Assembly: GCA_026707585.1 (NCBI GenBank)
Contig: JAPOWQ010000049.1
Span: forward strand, 25,845-89,844
Length of the DNA: 64,000 nt
DNA from: Chloroflexota bacterium
GTDB lineage: Bacteria; Chloroflexota; UBA11872
Direction: 5' to 3'
Shown here: positions 29,331 through 39,015 of the stretch, piece by piece
Layout of the letters: each line of letters begins with the position of its first letter
How positions within the stretch are numbered: position 1 is the stretch's first letter
Notes under the pieces: generated by a model
What the model was told of the DNA's origin: nothing
Database searches by the model: none
Seen by the model: the letters and a program-made list of their open reading frames with translations, nothing else
Made by a program: the position numbers and the translations under genes

Positions 29331-30038
29331 GTGTACGCCGTCTTGATTGCAGGAGGTCGCGGTGAACGCTTGCGGCCGCTGACGACCAACATGCCCAAGC
29401 CCATGGTCGCCGTTGCCGGCAAGCCGATCATGCAGCACCAGGTGGAGTGGTATCAGGCCCAGGGCGTCACTCATTTCGTTATCTCGTGCGGCTACTTGCA
29501 CGAAGTGATCGAGAGCCACTTTGGCGACGGCTCGGCCTTCGGCGCCAGCTTCAGCTACGCGGTCGAGGACACGCCCATGGGTCGCGGCGGCGGCCTGCGC
29601 CTGGGCATGCAGCAGATTCCCCGCGACGAGCCGATCGTGATGGCCTCCAACGCAGACATCCTGACGGAGCAGCGGCTGGCCCCAATGCTCGATCAGCATC
29701 GGGACGACGGGAATCTGGCAACCATCCTGCTTACGCCCTACGTCAGCCAATACGGGATTGTGGAAGTCGAAGGCCGCAAGGTCAGCCAGTTCAGCACGAA
29801 CCCGGTGCTGCCTCACTGGATCAACGGCGGCGTGTACGTGTTGGACCGGTCGTTTGAAGACCACTTGCCCGAGATTGGCGACCACGAGGACAGCACGTTT
29901 CCGGAACTGGCTGCGGCGGGCCGCCTGGGCGCCTTCCAGTCCGAAGCTCGCTGGCGCGGCATGGACAGTGTGAAAGACCACGCCAATCTCGAAGACGAAC
30001 TGGCCACAGCGCCCCTGAACTACGCCGGCGCCGACTGA
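29331..30038 (+). CDS. Sugar-phosphate nucleotidyltransferase (NTP_transferase domain)
   Basis: 'AVLIAGGRGERLRPLTTNMPKPMVAVAGKPIMQHQVE'. GTG start. Confidence 0.75.
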   Translation: MYAVLIAGGRGERLRPLTTNMPKPMVAVAGKPIMQHQVEWYQAQGVTHFVISCGYLHEVIESHFGDGSAFGASFSYAVEDTPMGRGGGLRLGMQQIPRDEPIVMASNADILTEQRLAPMLDQHRDDGNLATILLTPYVSQYGIVEVEGRKVSQFSTNPVLPHWINGGVYVLDRSFEDHLPEIGDHEDSTFPELAAAGRLGAFQSEARWRGMDSVKDHANLEDELATAPLNYAGAD

Positions 30039-30065
30039 TGTCGCCGGCCGCGCGCCGGCCCTGAC

Positions 30066-30875
30066 ATGCGACGGCCCCGACTGGTCACGCCCCCGCCGTT
30101 TCGCGAAACCGGCTACGACCCGGCCGCGCAGGTCTACGACCTGGAGTACCCGGAGTGCGATGGAGCGGAGTTGGACTTCTGGATCACCGAGGGGCGCCGC
30201 TTCGGGCCGCGGCTGCTGGAATTCGCCGTCGGCACCGGCCGCATGGCGGTTCCTCTGGCCAGGCAGGGTTTCCAGATCACCGGCGTGGATACCTCAGCCG
30301 CCATGCTGAAGCGGGCCGCGGCACGCCGCGCCGCATCAGGGCGGTCAACCAGCGCGCGTCTCGGGCTGCAACGCGGCGACATGCGTACGTGCCGGCTGAC
30401 GGACGTCTATGACCTGGCGCTGGTGGGCTTCAACTCATATCTGTTGCTGCCGGATCAATCGGCTCGCCAGCTGACCCTGGAGAACGCCGCCGCCCACGTG
30501 CGGCCGGGCGGGGCCGTGGCCGTGGACGTGTTCTCGGCCACGCCGCTTGACGCCACGCCGGACCACGAGGAGGTCGAGTTTCTGGAACGCGACCCCTCGA
30601 CCGGCCGGCGCATAACCCGCGAGCGTTTCTACACGTACGACGAGGCCACGCATCGCGGTTGTAGCACTCTCATCTACCGCTACTACGACGGCCCGTTGTT
30701 GGTCGACGAGCGTCGGCTGGGTTACAGCCTGGCGCTGGTGACGCGTGACGACGTGGTGGCGGAGTTCGTGGCGGCCGGGTTGCAGATTGACGCGGTGTAC
30801 GGCGATTACACGCGCCGGCCGTGGCGCGACGACTCGCCGAACTTGATCGTCATCGGTCGCACCGCCACTCGTTGA
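30066..30875 (+). CDS. Class I SAM-dependent methyltransferase
   Basis: Motif I 'LLEFAVGTGRMAVPLARQGFQITGVDTSAAML'. Confidence 0.7.
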   Translation: MRRPRLVTPPPFRETGYDPAAQVYDLEYPECDGAELDFWITEGRRFGPRLLEFAVGTGRMAVPLARQGFQITGVDTSAAMLKRAAARRAASGRSTSARLGLQRGDMRTCRLTDVYDLALVGFNSYLLLPDQSARQLTLENAAAHVRPGGAVAVDVFSATPLDATPDHEEVEFLERDPSTGRRITRERFYTYDEATHRGCSTLIYRYYDGPLLVDERRLGYSLALVTRDDVVAEFVAAGLQIDAVYGDYTRRPWRDDSPNLIVIGRTATR

Positions 30876-30924
30876 CACAGGGCGGGCGCGCTCTTCACAA
30901 TCGCACCCAAGCCAGCCGGGCCGT

Positions 30925-31251
30925 TTGGGCCCACGACAAGAAACCCGTATGACCAGCAAGCCCCGTCGGCACATCCGCGTATCCGAGTTCCGGTTTCAGA
31001 TTCCCCGCCGTAGCGGCGAGGGATCCTTTCCGGTGCCGCGCCACCAGCTCGCCTGGACCGACGCCTTCATTGACGAGGAAACCGGCGATCGCTACGAACT
31101 GGCCTATGTGCTTGAGCACTTGGAAACCCAGGGCTGGGACGTGCACGATCTGCTGAAGGGGCGTGGGACGTTCCGTGAGACCGTGGAACGACTTCCGCTC
31201 CCGTACGGCGGTCAGTTTGCGCCCGGAGACCCCACCACCCGCGACGCATAG
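30925..31251 (+). CDS. Hypothetical protein
   Basis: Non-repetitive ORF with plausible codon usage sitting between the methyltransferase and oxidoreductase genes. No family recognised. Confidence 0.35.
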   Translation: MGPRQETRMTSKPRRHIRVSEFRFQIPRRSGEGSFPVPRHQLAWTDAFIDEETGDRYELAYVLEHLETQGWDVHDLLKGRGTFRETVERLPLPYGGQFAPGDPTTRDA

Positions 31252-31313
31252 GCCGCGGCGCCTGCGGATCGGCGCGTTGACGTAGACTTCCGCCCGTCTG
31301 CGCACACTGCACG

Positions 31314-32318
31314 ATGTCCATGCCATACCGACTAGGCGCCATTGGCGTTGGCGGCAACTCCGCCGGCCACCTGCGGCGATTCCTCGCGATGCCAGAGGTT
31401 GACGTGGTTGGTATGGCAGATCCGTCTGACACGTCAATCGCGAACGCGCGGGCAAATGTTGAAGGCCTGGACGAAGTTCCAGCATACGCCGACTGGCGGG
31501 ACCTCCTGGCCGCGACCGATCTGGAGCTAGCGCTGGTCTCCACCCCGCACACCCTTCACCACGAGCATGTCATGGGCGCCCTGGACGCCGGCTTACACGT
31601 GCTCTGCGAGAAGCCGCTCGCCCACACCCCCGAACTGGCCCAAGAGATCGCCGATCACGCCAAGGCTCTAGGCCAACACGTCGTGGTTGGCTTCCAGCGT
31701 CGATTCAGCCCCGGCTACACCTATATGCGCGATCGACTGCAGAGCAGCGACATGGGCGACATCACCCACGTCCAAGCCAGCCAGTGGCAGGCCTGGATCG
31801 GCGCCGCCCGAGGCAAGTGGCGAAGCACGCTGGCCCTGGGCGGCGGCGGTCAGTTGAGCGACTCCGGCAGCCACCTCATGGACATGCTGCTTTGGACTAC
31901 CGGCTTGCGCATCGTCGAAGTGGACGCGCGTATGCGTACCTACGACCTGGAAGTTGAAGTTGACGGCGCGGCCGTTTTGCTCTTCGAGAACGGCGCCATC
32001 GGCACGTTGTCCATCATTGGTACCGGTCACACGTTCGGCGAGCGCCTGGCGGTGGTTGCCGGCGGCGGCGCCATCCGCGCGGACTGGGCCTCAGGCGGCG
32101 TGGAAGTGATCCTGGAAGACGACCTCGAGGCCAAGGTCACGCGTGAAGTGGAAGGACTCGCAGGCGGAAGCAATCCCGACGAACACTTCCTGGAGGTCAT
32201 CAACGGCACTGCCCCCAACGGCTCACCGCCCGAAGACAGCGTGCACCTGCTGGAGGTATTGGCGGCGATCCGGCAGTCCTCGGTTTCCGGGCAACGCGAA
32301 GTGGTAAACCGGACCTAG
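31314..32318 (+). CDS. Gfo/Idh/MocA family oxidoreductase
   Basis: N-terminal Rossmann 'LGAIGVGGNSAGHLRRF...VVGMADP' and 'EKPLAHTPELAQEI'. Confidence 0.8.
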   Translation: MSMPYRLGAIGVGGNSAGHLRRFLAMPEVDVVGMADPSDTSIANARANVEGLDEVPAYADWRDLLAATDLELALVSTPHTLHHEHVMGALDAGLHVLCEKPLAHTPELAQEIADHAKALGQHVVVGFQRRFSPGYTYMRDRLQSSDMGDITHVQASQWQAWIGAARGKWRSTLALGGGGQLSDSGSHLMDMLLWTTGLRIVEVDARMRTYDLEVEVDGAAVLLFENGAIGTLSIIGTGHTFGERLAVVAGGGAIRADWASGGVEVILEDDLEAKVTREVEGLAGGSNPDEHFLEVINGTAPNGSPPEDSVHLLEVLAAIRQSSVSGQREVVNRT

Positions 32319-32323
32319 TCCCA

Positions 32324-34525
32324 ATGGGCAGCGGTCTGCCCGCTCGCTGGCGCCGCGCAGCCCGGCTTGCCGGCGCTCTGCTCTGCGGCGGCCTGCTCCT
32401 CGGTGGCTCGCCGACGCCAGATATCGCGGTTCATCTCGATCAACCTTCGACGGGATTCGCGCAGTCGCTGGATTTCAGGCTGGGCACCAACGAAATCGTC
32501 GATCTCTACCGAGACGGCGGCATCGACCGAGCCGCCCAGTTCGGAGCCGATCTCGTACGCGTGTGGGTGGGGCATCGCTTTCTGGGAGCGGCGGCGGGCA
32601 GTTCACCCGCCGAGTTTGAATGGAGCCGGCTGCATGCCTTCGTGCAGCGAGTCCTCGACGCGGGCGCGACGCCGATGGTGAGCTTTGTCGCCGCGCCGGC
32701 ATGGGTGACTGCCGCTGACGGCACCCCAAGTTCGCAGCACGAGAGCGAACGCTTCAACACCGCCGGCGTCAGGGGGTATGCCGAGTACGTGGCGGACGCC
32801 ATTGAGCGATTGCGTGATCACTTCGGTCCGGTTGCGTTGAGCTGGCCGTACACCATCTGGAACGAGCCGAACAATCACCAGAACGCCGGTCAGCACTACG
32901 CCTGCGGCAGCGGCGCAGCGTATGCGGAACTCTATGCTGCGGCCCGTGCCGCCGTGGCCACGCGCTTCGGCTCCGGGGTGGTGGCTATGGGGGGACCCTC
33001 GCTCGACGCAATCGACACCGGTACCACGCTCAATCCGGACGGTAGCCGGACCTGCGGGAATGTGCCGGACGTGGACTGGGCAACCTACCTGCGCTCCGTG
33101 GACTCAGCGTCGTTCCACGACTTCCTGACGTGGCACTGGTACGGGATGCATCGCGTGGGTGAGACAACCTCGGCCGAGGTCCTTCGCACGCGTCTCTCGT
33201 GGTTTGAAACCCGCGTGCGCCTGATTTCAGGAATTGCCGCCGGACGGCCGCACTATGTGGAAGAAATTAACTTTAACGGCGATCTCGCGGTCGATCCCTT
33301 GGTTCAGGCGCCGATAAACGGCGCGTTTCTGGCCTCCGCCACCCTGCGCGCCGTGCGCCAGGGCGCCAGCGGGCTGCTGGTATACAAGGGAACGCGCGAC
33401 CCATCGGGCAAATCGCCTCGCGGTGAACCGGACTTTGGCCTGTGGTCCAGCGCGATTGCCGACCCGCCAGCGCCGGCATTTGGGGTGATGCAGTTGGTGC
33501 GTCGGTTTGTTGCGGGTTCGGGACGACTCACGCGGGTGGACGTCCGCGGACCGGACCTTGACGCGCTTGTCGTGGACACCGATCAAGGACCGCGCACGGC
33601 CGTCGTGAATCTATCGCCAAGCCACCGAACTGTGCGCGTGTCCGGGCTGCCGGCAGCGCCGGCAGCCGCCGTTAGCGGTGAGACGGCCTGGACGCCTGGC
33701 TGGTTCGACGGGACGTCCATCGTCGTTCCAGGCTTTGGATTGGCTGTGATTGACGGCTCGCTGGGCGGGCTACCTGCGCTTCCGACTGTCGAGCGCGGAC
33801 GCCGGACGTATGACACGCAGTGTTCGTCTTGTCACGGCGTCACACCCTCGGGTGCGCATGCGCCGGGACTGGCCGGCGCTCCTCGAGCCGCGGTTGACGG
33901 CTCGCACGCCGCAGGCCGTCTCACGAACGGCGAGCGGATCAATCTGACTGGCTTCTTGTCGGGCTGGCGAATCGCTGGCCGCGTGGTCACTGGCATCGTG
34001 CAGGACGCGAATGGGACGCCGATCTCGGGTGCCCTGGTGATTGCCGCCGGCTTCGACTCCGGCACCGCAGCGTGGACTGATGCCGCGGGGCATTTTCAAT
34101 TGCGCACCTCCGATCCGCTGGCGAGTGTCGCCGCGACCCCGCGACGGCTCATGGCTCTCCACGCCGACCATGCAGTTGCCCACGCGCCGATCAGCCTTGG
34201 GGCGATTCCATCCGGGCCCACGGTGACATTCGCGCTGCACGCGCCACCGACGGGCCAGCGACCTGCCCTAGCATCCAGTTATGTGGTCGATACAGGCAAC
34301 GGCATCTATCGGCTGGGCACGGCAAGCGCGGGCGCCTCGGAGATATGGGCCGTGGCGGCGGGCGGAGGTCTCGCTCGCCGACTTGCGCCGGAGCCGGAGT
34401 CCGCATTCGGTGTTCGGATGACGCACCTGGCGGCCGCAGACGCATCGACCGCAGCGGGCAACTGGGTTGTGGCCGCTATCGGCTCAAATGGCGCGGTGGC
34501 GCTGCGACGCGTGGCCATCGACTGA
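32324..34525 (+). CDS. Secreted multidomain protein: clan GH-A glycoside hydrolase (GH39/GH5-like, 'WNEPN') + CxxCH haem-c-like segment + CarbopepD_reg-like beta-sandwich
   Basis: Signal peptide, then 'YTIWNEPNNHQ', then 'YDTQCSSCHGVTPSG', then 'GRVVTGIVQDANGTPISGALVIAAGFDSGTAAWTDAAGHFQL'. Confidence 0.6.
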   Translation: MGSGLPARWRRAARLAGALLCGGLLLGGSPTPDIAVHLDQPSTGFAQSLDFRLGTNEIVDLYRDGGIDRAAQFGADLVRVWVGHRFLGAAAGSSPAEFEWSRLHAFVQRVLDAGATPMVSFVAAPAWVTAADGTPSSQHESERFNTAGVRGYAEYVADAIERLRDHFGPVALSWPYTIWNEPNNHQNAGQHYACGSGAAYAELYAAARAAVATRFGSGVVAMGGPSLDAIDTGTTLNPDGSRTCGNVPDVDWATYLRSVDSASFHDFLTWHWYGMHRVGETTSAEVLRTRLSWFETRVRLISGIAAGRPHYVEEINFNGDLAVDPLVQAPINGAFLASATLRAVRQGASGLLVYKGTRDPSGKSPRGEPDFGLWSSAIADPPAPAFGVMQLVRRFVAGSGRLTRVDVRGPDLDALVVDTDQGPRTAVVNLSPSHRTVRVSGLPAAPAAAVSGETAWTPGWFDGTSIVVPGFGLAVIDGSLGGLPALPTVERGRRTYDTQCSSCHGVTPSGAHAPGLAGAPRAAVDGSHAAGRLTNGERINLTGFLSGWRIAGRVVTGIVQDANGTPISGALVIAAGFDSGTAAWTDAAGHFQLRTSDPLASVAATPRRLMALHADHAVAHAPISLGAIPSGPTVTFALHAPPTGQRPALASSYVVDTGNGIYRLGTASAGASEIWAVAAGGGLARRLAPEPESAFGVRMTHLAAADASTAAGNWVVAAIGSNGAVALRRVAID

Positions 34526-34580
34526 ACAAAATCGACGGACCGGCGGGATGCCGAGTTCCCCGCGCTGCGCGGCCAAGAGC

Positions 34581-35087
34581 CTAGGACTTGCCCAGATCGT
34601 CCAGGTCGAGTTGGTTAATGAACTCGCGAAATACTTCGAGCTTTTCTTCCGCCACGGGCTCGCCCTCACCAGACTCCTCGCCCGAAACGTCCGGCTCGAA
34701 CCCGGCCTCGTTGAGCACTGACGGCTCAACCAGGATCGGCGCGTTCGCTCGCACCGCCAGGGCAATGGCGTCGCTCGGCCGCGAGTCGAGTTCGCAGCGG
34801 CGGCCGTTCATGTCAAGCACGATGGTTGCAAAGAACGTCGTGTCCACGAGGTCGGTTACCACCACGCGCTCCACCGACCCTTGTACCGATTCGATGAGTT
34901 GCTTGAGGAGGTCGTGTGTCAGCGGCCGCGGAACCTCATGGTCTTGCAGCTTCACGGCAATAGCGTCGGCCTCGCCCTGGCCGATTACGATCGCGAGGTA
35001 GCGCGGTCCATCCCGTTCCTTCAGCACCACCACGCGGCTGGGGCTGATCAGGTTCACCCGTACGCTGTCCACGATCATTTCGATCAT
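34581..35087 (-). CDS. Bifunctional nuclease family protein (DUF151)
   Basis: 'VVLKERDGPRYLAIVIGQGEADAI...SRPSDAIALAVRANAPILV' with an acidic C-terminal tail. Confidence 0.7.
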   Translation of the reverse strand: MIEMIVDSVRVNLISPSRVVVLKERDGPRYLAIVIGQGEADAIAVKLQDHEVPRPLTHDLLKQLIESVQGSVERVVVTDLVDTTFFATIVLDMNGRRCELDSRPSDAIALAVRANAPILVEPSVLNEAGFEPDVSGEESGEGEPVAEEKLEVFREFINQLDLDDLGKS

Positions 35088-35182
35088 GTCGCTATCGCCA
35101 CTCCCGCTCCAAGCGACGTTCTAACAGGTTTGGCGCGCGCCTTCATGGTACCAGCGGCCATCCACGGAACGAACGCGCGGCG

Positions 35183-36415
35183 TCACTGAGCGTCCGGAGC
35201 GCTGAGATCAAATTCGGCGTGAAGCAACTCGGTCGCACGCGCCACCTGCGACTTGTCCACCAAGCACGTAAGGCGGATTTCGCTGGTTGTAATGCTCACG
35301 ATGTTGATCCCTGCGGACGCCAGAGCTCCGAACATCCGGGCCGCAATTCCGGGCGTACTTTGGATGCCGACACCGACAATGCTCACCTTGCCCAGCTCAG
35401 TCGAGGCCGCGACGTCACGCGCGCCAATCTCAGCCGCCACGGGACGGATGAGGTCGAGGGTCGAGTCGAGGTCTGTTTCGCCGACGGTGAATGACAGGTC
35501 CGTCACGCCGCCGTCCGAGACGTTCTGCACGATTACGTCGATGTTGATGTGCCGGTCGGCAAGCGGCTGGAAGAGGGCGTGCGCCAAACCCGGCCGGTCA
35601 CTGACGCCGCGAATGGTGACGCGCGCCACATCGGTGTCGTGCGCGACGGCGCGCACTCGCTGCATGGTCTCGATTGGAACCGCTGATTCAGCCACGATTT
35701 CCGTCCCTGGTGCATCGCTGAAACTGGAACGTACCACCACCGGCATGCCGAAGTGTTCGGCAATTTCGACCGCGCGCGGATGCATGACACGCGCGCCGAG
35801 CTTTGCCATCTCCAGCATTTCGTCGTAGATCACCAGATCGAGCTTGCGCGCGTCCGGCACGATGCGCGGATCGGCCGTAAAGATGCCGTCCACATCGGTG
35901 TAGATCTCGCACCGGTCGACTCCCAAAGCCACGGCCAGGGCCACGGCGGACGTGTCCGACGTTCCCCGGGCAAGGGTCACGATGTCGCCATCAGGCCCCA
36001 AGCCCTGAAACCCGGCCATGACCGGCACACGTCCGGCCTCGAGTTCGGCACGGATTCGCGTCGGCTCGATTTCGGTGATGCGGGCGCGACCGTAGCGCCC
36101 GTTGGTGCGGATACCGGCCTGTGGGCCCGAGAGTGCGACCGCATCGCGCCCAAGTTCATGCAGGGCCATGGAGGTCAAAGCCGCAGATACCAGTTCGCCG
36201 GTAGACAGCAGGAAGTCGAGTTCCCGCGAGTTCGGGCGAGTGGCCAAGCGCTGGGCCGCCGCAATCAGATCGTCGGTTGTGTCGCCCATCGCCGACACGA
36301 CCAGGGCGACTCGATCACCTTGCGACAGTGAGTCATGTATCCGCTCGGCCACGATTCGGATTCGCTCGCTGGTTGCGAGCGACGAGCCGCCAAACTTCTG
36401 GACAAGTAGTGCCAC
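35183..36415 (-). CDS. lysC: Aspartate kinase
   Basis: 'LVQKFGGSSL' and C-terminal ACT domains. 410 aa. Confidence 0.85.
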   Translation of the reverse strand: MALLVQKFGGSSLATSERIRIVAERIHDSLSQGDRVALVVSAMGDTTDDLIAAAQRLATRPNSRELDFLLSTGELVSAALTSMALHELGRDAVALSGPQAGIRTNGRYGRARITEIEPTRIRAELEAGRVPVMAGFQGLGPDGDIVTLARGTSDTSAVALAVALGVDRCEIYTDVDGIFTADPRIVPDARKLDLVIYDEMLEMAKLGARVMHPRAVEIAEHFGMPVVVRSSFSDAPGTEIVAESAVPIETMQRVRAVAHDTDVARVTIRGVSDRPGLAHALFQPLADRHINIDVIVQNVSDGGVTDLSFTVGETDLDSTLDLIRPVAAEIGARDVAASTELGKVSIVGVGIQSTPGIAARMFGALASAGINIVSITTSEIRLTCLVDKSQVARATELLHAEFDLSAPDAQ

Positions 36416-36492
36416 GTCGTACCCAGATATCGAAGGCGCGAATCTCCGATGTTAGCAACCAACGCGCGCCGCTTGGCACGAGATGTCTCAGT

Positions 36493-38091
36493 TCAGTTGA
36501 GTTGACTCCAAGCCTCAGCGGCTCCCGCGCGGTTGCGGTTGCCGTCCATAACCTCAAGGGCCAGACCCATAATCCGCCGCTGATAGTTGGCCAGCGACCA
36601 GCGCGTCGCGCGTCGTCTGGCCGCCTGCGCCATCTCCAAGCGACAGCGGCCATTCCGAGCCAGCGCCAGGGTAAGGTCGGCCAATTCGTCCAGGGTGCGC
36701 CAGCGAAACCCGCTGCGACCGGGTTGAACGATCTCGCGCAGGCCGCCCCCGTCAAACACGACGGGCACGGCACCGGACGTCATGAGTTCGGCGACCGCCA
36801 TGCCAAAGTGCTCGAATCGCTCAGGCGTTCGGCGTTCCGACTCGCCGAATCCCGTGGCGTGCCAGCCGATAGCTGCGTTCGTGCGCAACCTGTTCACGGT
36901 TGCTTCATCAGCGTTGGCATAGAAATCGATGGGCAAGCCGTGAGCCGCCTGCTGCACCGTCCGCAGATATGCCGAGTCCGCCGGTCGCTGACCCACGCCT
37001 CCGACCAGCGCCAGGCGCCAGCCAACCAGCCCGCGATCGCACAACGTGCGAAAGGCGCGCACCATAGCCAGGTGCTTCTTGTTATGGCTGCCGACGAAAA
37101 AGCGCCCGATCGATACGATCAGCGGCTGCCGGGTCTCCTGGCGTTGCGCGTCAGCGACGACTGGCGGCTCAATGACAGGCCCGGAAACTCCCCAGCGCCG
37201 ACGAAGCCACGATGCGGTGAAGTGTGAATTGGGCGTTACGGCGCCGTACGAGCGCAGCGCCCGAGCGTACTGATTCGCGCGATCGTCAGCCGCGCAGGCT
37301 CCAAGTGCAGGAGCAAGCCGCCGCGTCGCGCGCTGAAACAGGCGCCGCGCCGGTGGTCCCTGCTCCTCGATTGAGCCGAGGGCCAACCCCAGGAGCCGAC
37401 TCTCCCGCTGGTTGCTTCCCACGGACGCCGCCGAATGGACGACGAGTTCGCCGCACCCGCGAGGGATTTCGACCCACGGACTTGGCGCAAAGTCGCTCCT
37501 GGCCCCCGCCAGGCCCTCGGCCAGGGTTTGGCCCGCGCCGGTCTCGACGGTATAGGCCCGTTCAGCATGATTCATCGCGCTCAGCCACAGTCGTACGTGC
37601 GCGCCCTCGCGAACATCGATGCGCCCGGCGCCGCTGGATTGGCGGTAGTGGACGCCGTGGTGCACCTCGGTGCCGTACCAGCCGGACCGCTCGCAGGCCG
37701 CGCCGAGCCCTTGGCCGAGCTGTCGTAGCGCACGTCCAGCCATGCGCCGTGTGCGACTCGCGGGTTGCGCCGGAAAGTAGACGAACCGAATTGACGGCAG
37801 GCCGCAGCCATCGACCAAACTGTGATGCGTCCCATTGACAAAGAGATCCGCATCACCGGCCACCTGGCGTCCGGATAACTCGGGCCGCTCCGGGAGCGTG
37901 TCGAATCTCACCCCATCCAGATCGACGGCGGCGCGCTCCACCACGGTGGCCCACTGAATCGGACGGTGGGACACAACACGAACCGAACCCAGCGACCGCA
38001 ACGCGCTGGCCGCGCTGAGCACCTGGCGTTCGCCACCACCCAGGGTCTCCAACCAGCCGTCGAAGACGACGATCTTTGCTTCCCTTGACAT
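36493..38091 (-). CDS. Glycosyltransferase (GT4-type C-terminal domain with extended N-terminal domain)
   Basis: 'EHFGMAVAELMTSGAVPVVFDGGGLREIV'. 532 aa. Confidence 0.6.
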   Translation of the reverse strand: MSREAKIVVFDGWLETLGGGERQVLSAASALRSLGSVRVVSHRPIQWATVVERAAVDLDGVRFDTLPERPELSGRQVAGDADLFVNGTHHSLVDGCGLPSIRFVYFPAQPASRTRRMAGRALRQLGQGLGAACERSGWYGTEVHHGVHYRQSSGAGRIDVREGAHVRLWLSAMNHAERAYTVETGAGQTLAEGLAGARSDFAPSPWVEIPRGCGELVVHSAASVGSNQRESRLLGLALGSIEEQGPPARRLFQRATRRLAPALGACAADDRANQYARALRSYGAVTPNSHFTASWLRRRWGVSGPVIEPPVVADAQRQETRQPLIVSIGRFFVGSHNKKHLAMVRAFRTLCDRGLVGWRLALVGGVGQRPADSAYLRTVQQAAHGLPIDFYANADEATVNRLRTNAAIGWHATGFGESERRTPERFEHFGMAVAELMTSGAVPVVFDGGGLREIVQPGRSGFRWRTLDELADLTLALARNGRCRLEMAQAARRRATRWSLANYQRRIMGLALEVMDGNRNRAGAAEAWSQLN

Positions 38092-38187
38092 TCCTCCGTC
38101 GCCGCTTCTATGGATGCCGCCTGGCTCCCTACGCCGGCGGAACGCGACCGCTAACCGGCTGCGTCGCGCATAGGACCCGTGCGGGGA

Positions 38188-39009
38188 TCAGTCGTATGAC
38201 CCACGCGCCACGTGCCAGCGTACTCTCAACACATCGAGCAGCATCAAGACGGCGTCCGCCAGGGGGCGCACCTTACTGATGGGCACGTGCCGCCACTCGA
38301 TGGGAATCTCAACGACCTGCCAGCCACGCCTACGCGATATGGCCAGCAGTTCCACGTCGAAGGCCGTGACTCGTTCGCCCTCAATTGTGCGTCCGCCAGC
38401 CGGATAGAGACGAACCCGATTGAACACGTCCTCCGCCGCATCGGCCGAGAAGCCCTTGAATCCGCACTGGGTATCGCTGAATCCGCCGACGCCCAGGCAG
38501 CCAATGAGCCAGTTGAAACCTCGTCCAAGTGCATGACGACGCCACGGCTCGTCGAAGCGTTGGGATTGCGCCAGTTCCCGCGAGCCAATCACCACGTCGG
38601 CGCCGCGCCGAATCTCTTCGACGATCCGCTCGACGAATACGAGCGGAACCGCCAGATCGGCGTCCATAAACAAACGTACAGCGCCGCGTGCCGCCAGCAT
38701 GCCGCGCGCCACGGCCGCGCCCTTGCCACGGTGCGGTTCGGCCAGCACGACCGGGAGGCGGTGTGACACGCCGACTTCCGCTTGTGCCCAGGTCCGAGCG
38801 ACGTCAAGGGTGGCGTCTGTGGATCCATCGTCTACGACCACAACTTCAAGCAGCCCGTCACGGCTGGCCGCCCACTCGTCGATCGCGCGCAGCGTGCCTC
38901 CGAGGCGAGCTTCCTCGTCGTACGCCGGAATGACGATTGACAGTTGCAGCGGCACCTGGGGTGGTGCACCTAACGGTCGATTTGCATCCGCCGAACGTCT
39001 GCCCTTCAC
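38188..39009 (-). CDS. Glycosyltransferase family 2 (polyprenyl-phosphate sugar synthase-like)
   Basis: 'LSIVIPAYDEEARLGGTL...VVVVDDGSTDAT...FMDADL'. Confidence 0.75.
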   Translation of the reverse strand: MKGRRSADANRPLGAPPQVPLQLSIVIPAYDEEARLGGTLRAIDEWAASRDGLLEVVVVDDGSTDATLDVARTWAQAEVGVSHRLPVVLAEPHRGKGAAVARGMLAARGAVRLFMDADLAVPLVFVERIVEEIRRGADVVIGSRELAQSQRFDEPWRRHALGRGFNWLIGCLGVGGFSDTQCGFKGFSADAAEDVFNRVRLYPAGGRTIEGERVTAFDVELLAISRRRGWQVVEIPIEWRHVPISKVRPLADAVLMLLDVLRVRWHVARGSYD

Positions 39010-39015
39010 GCGGCG

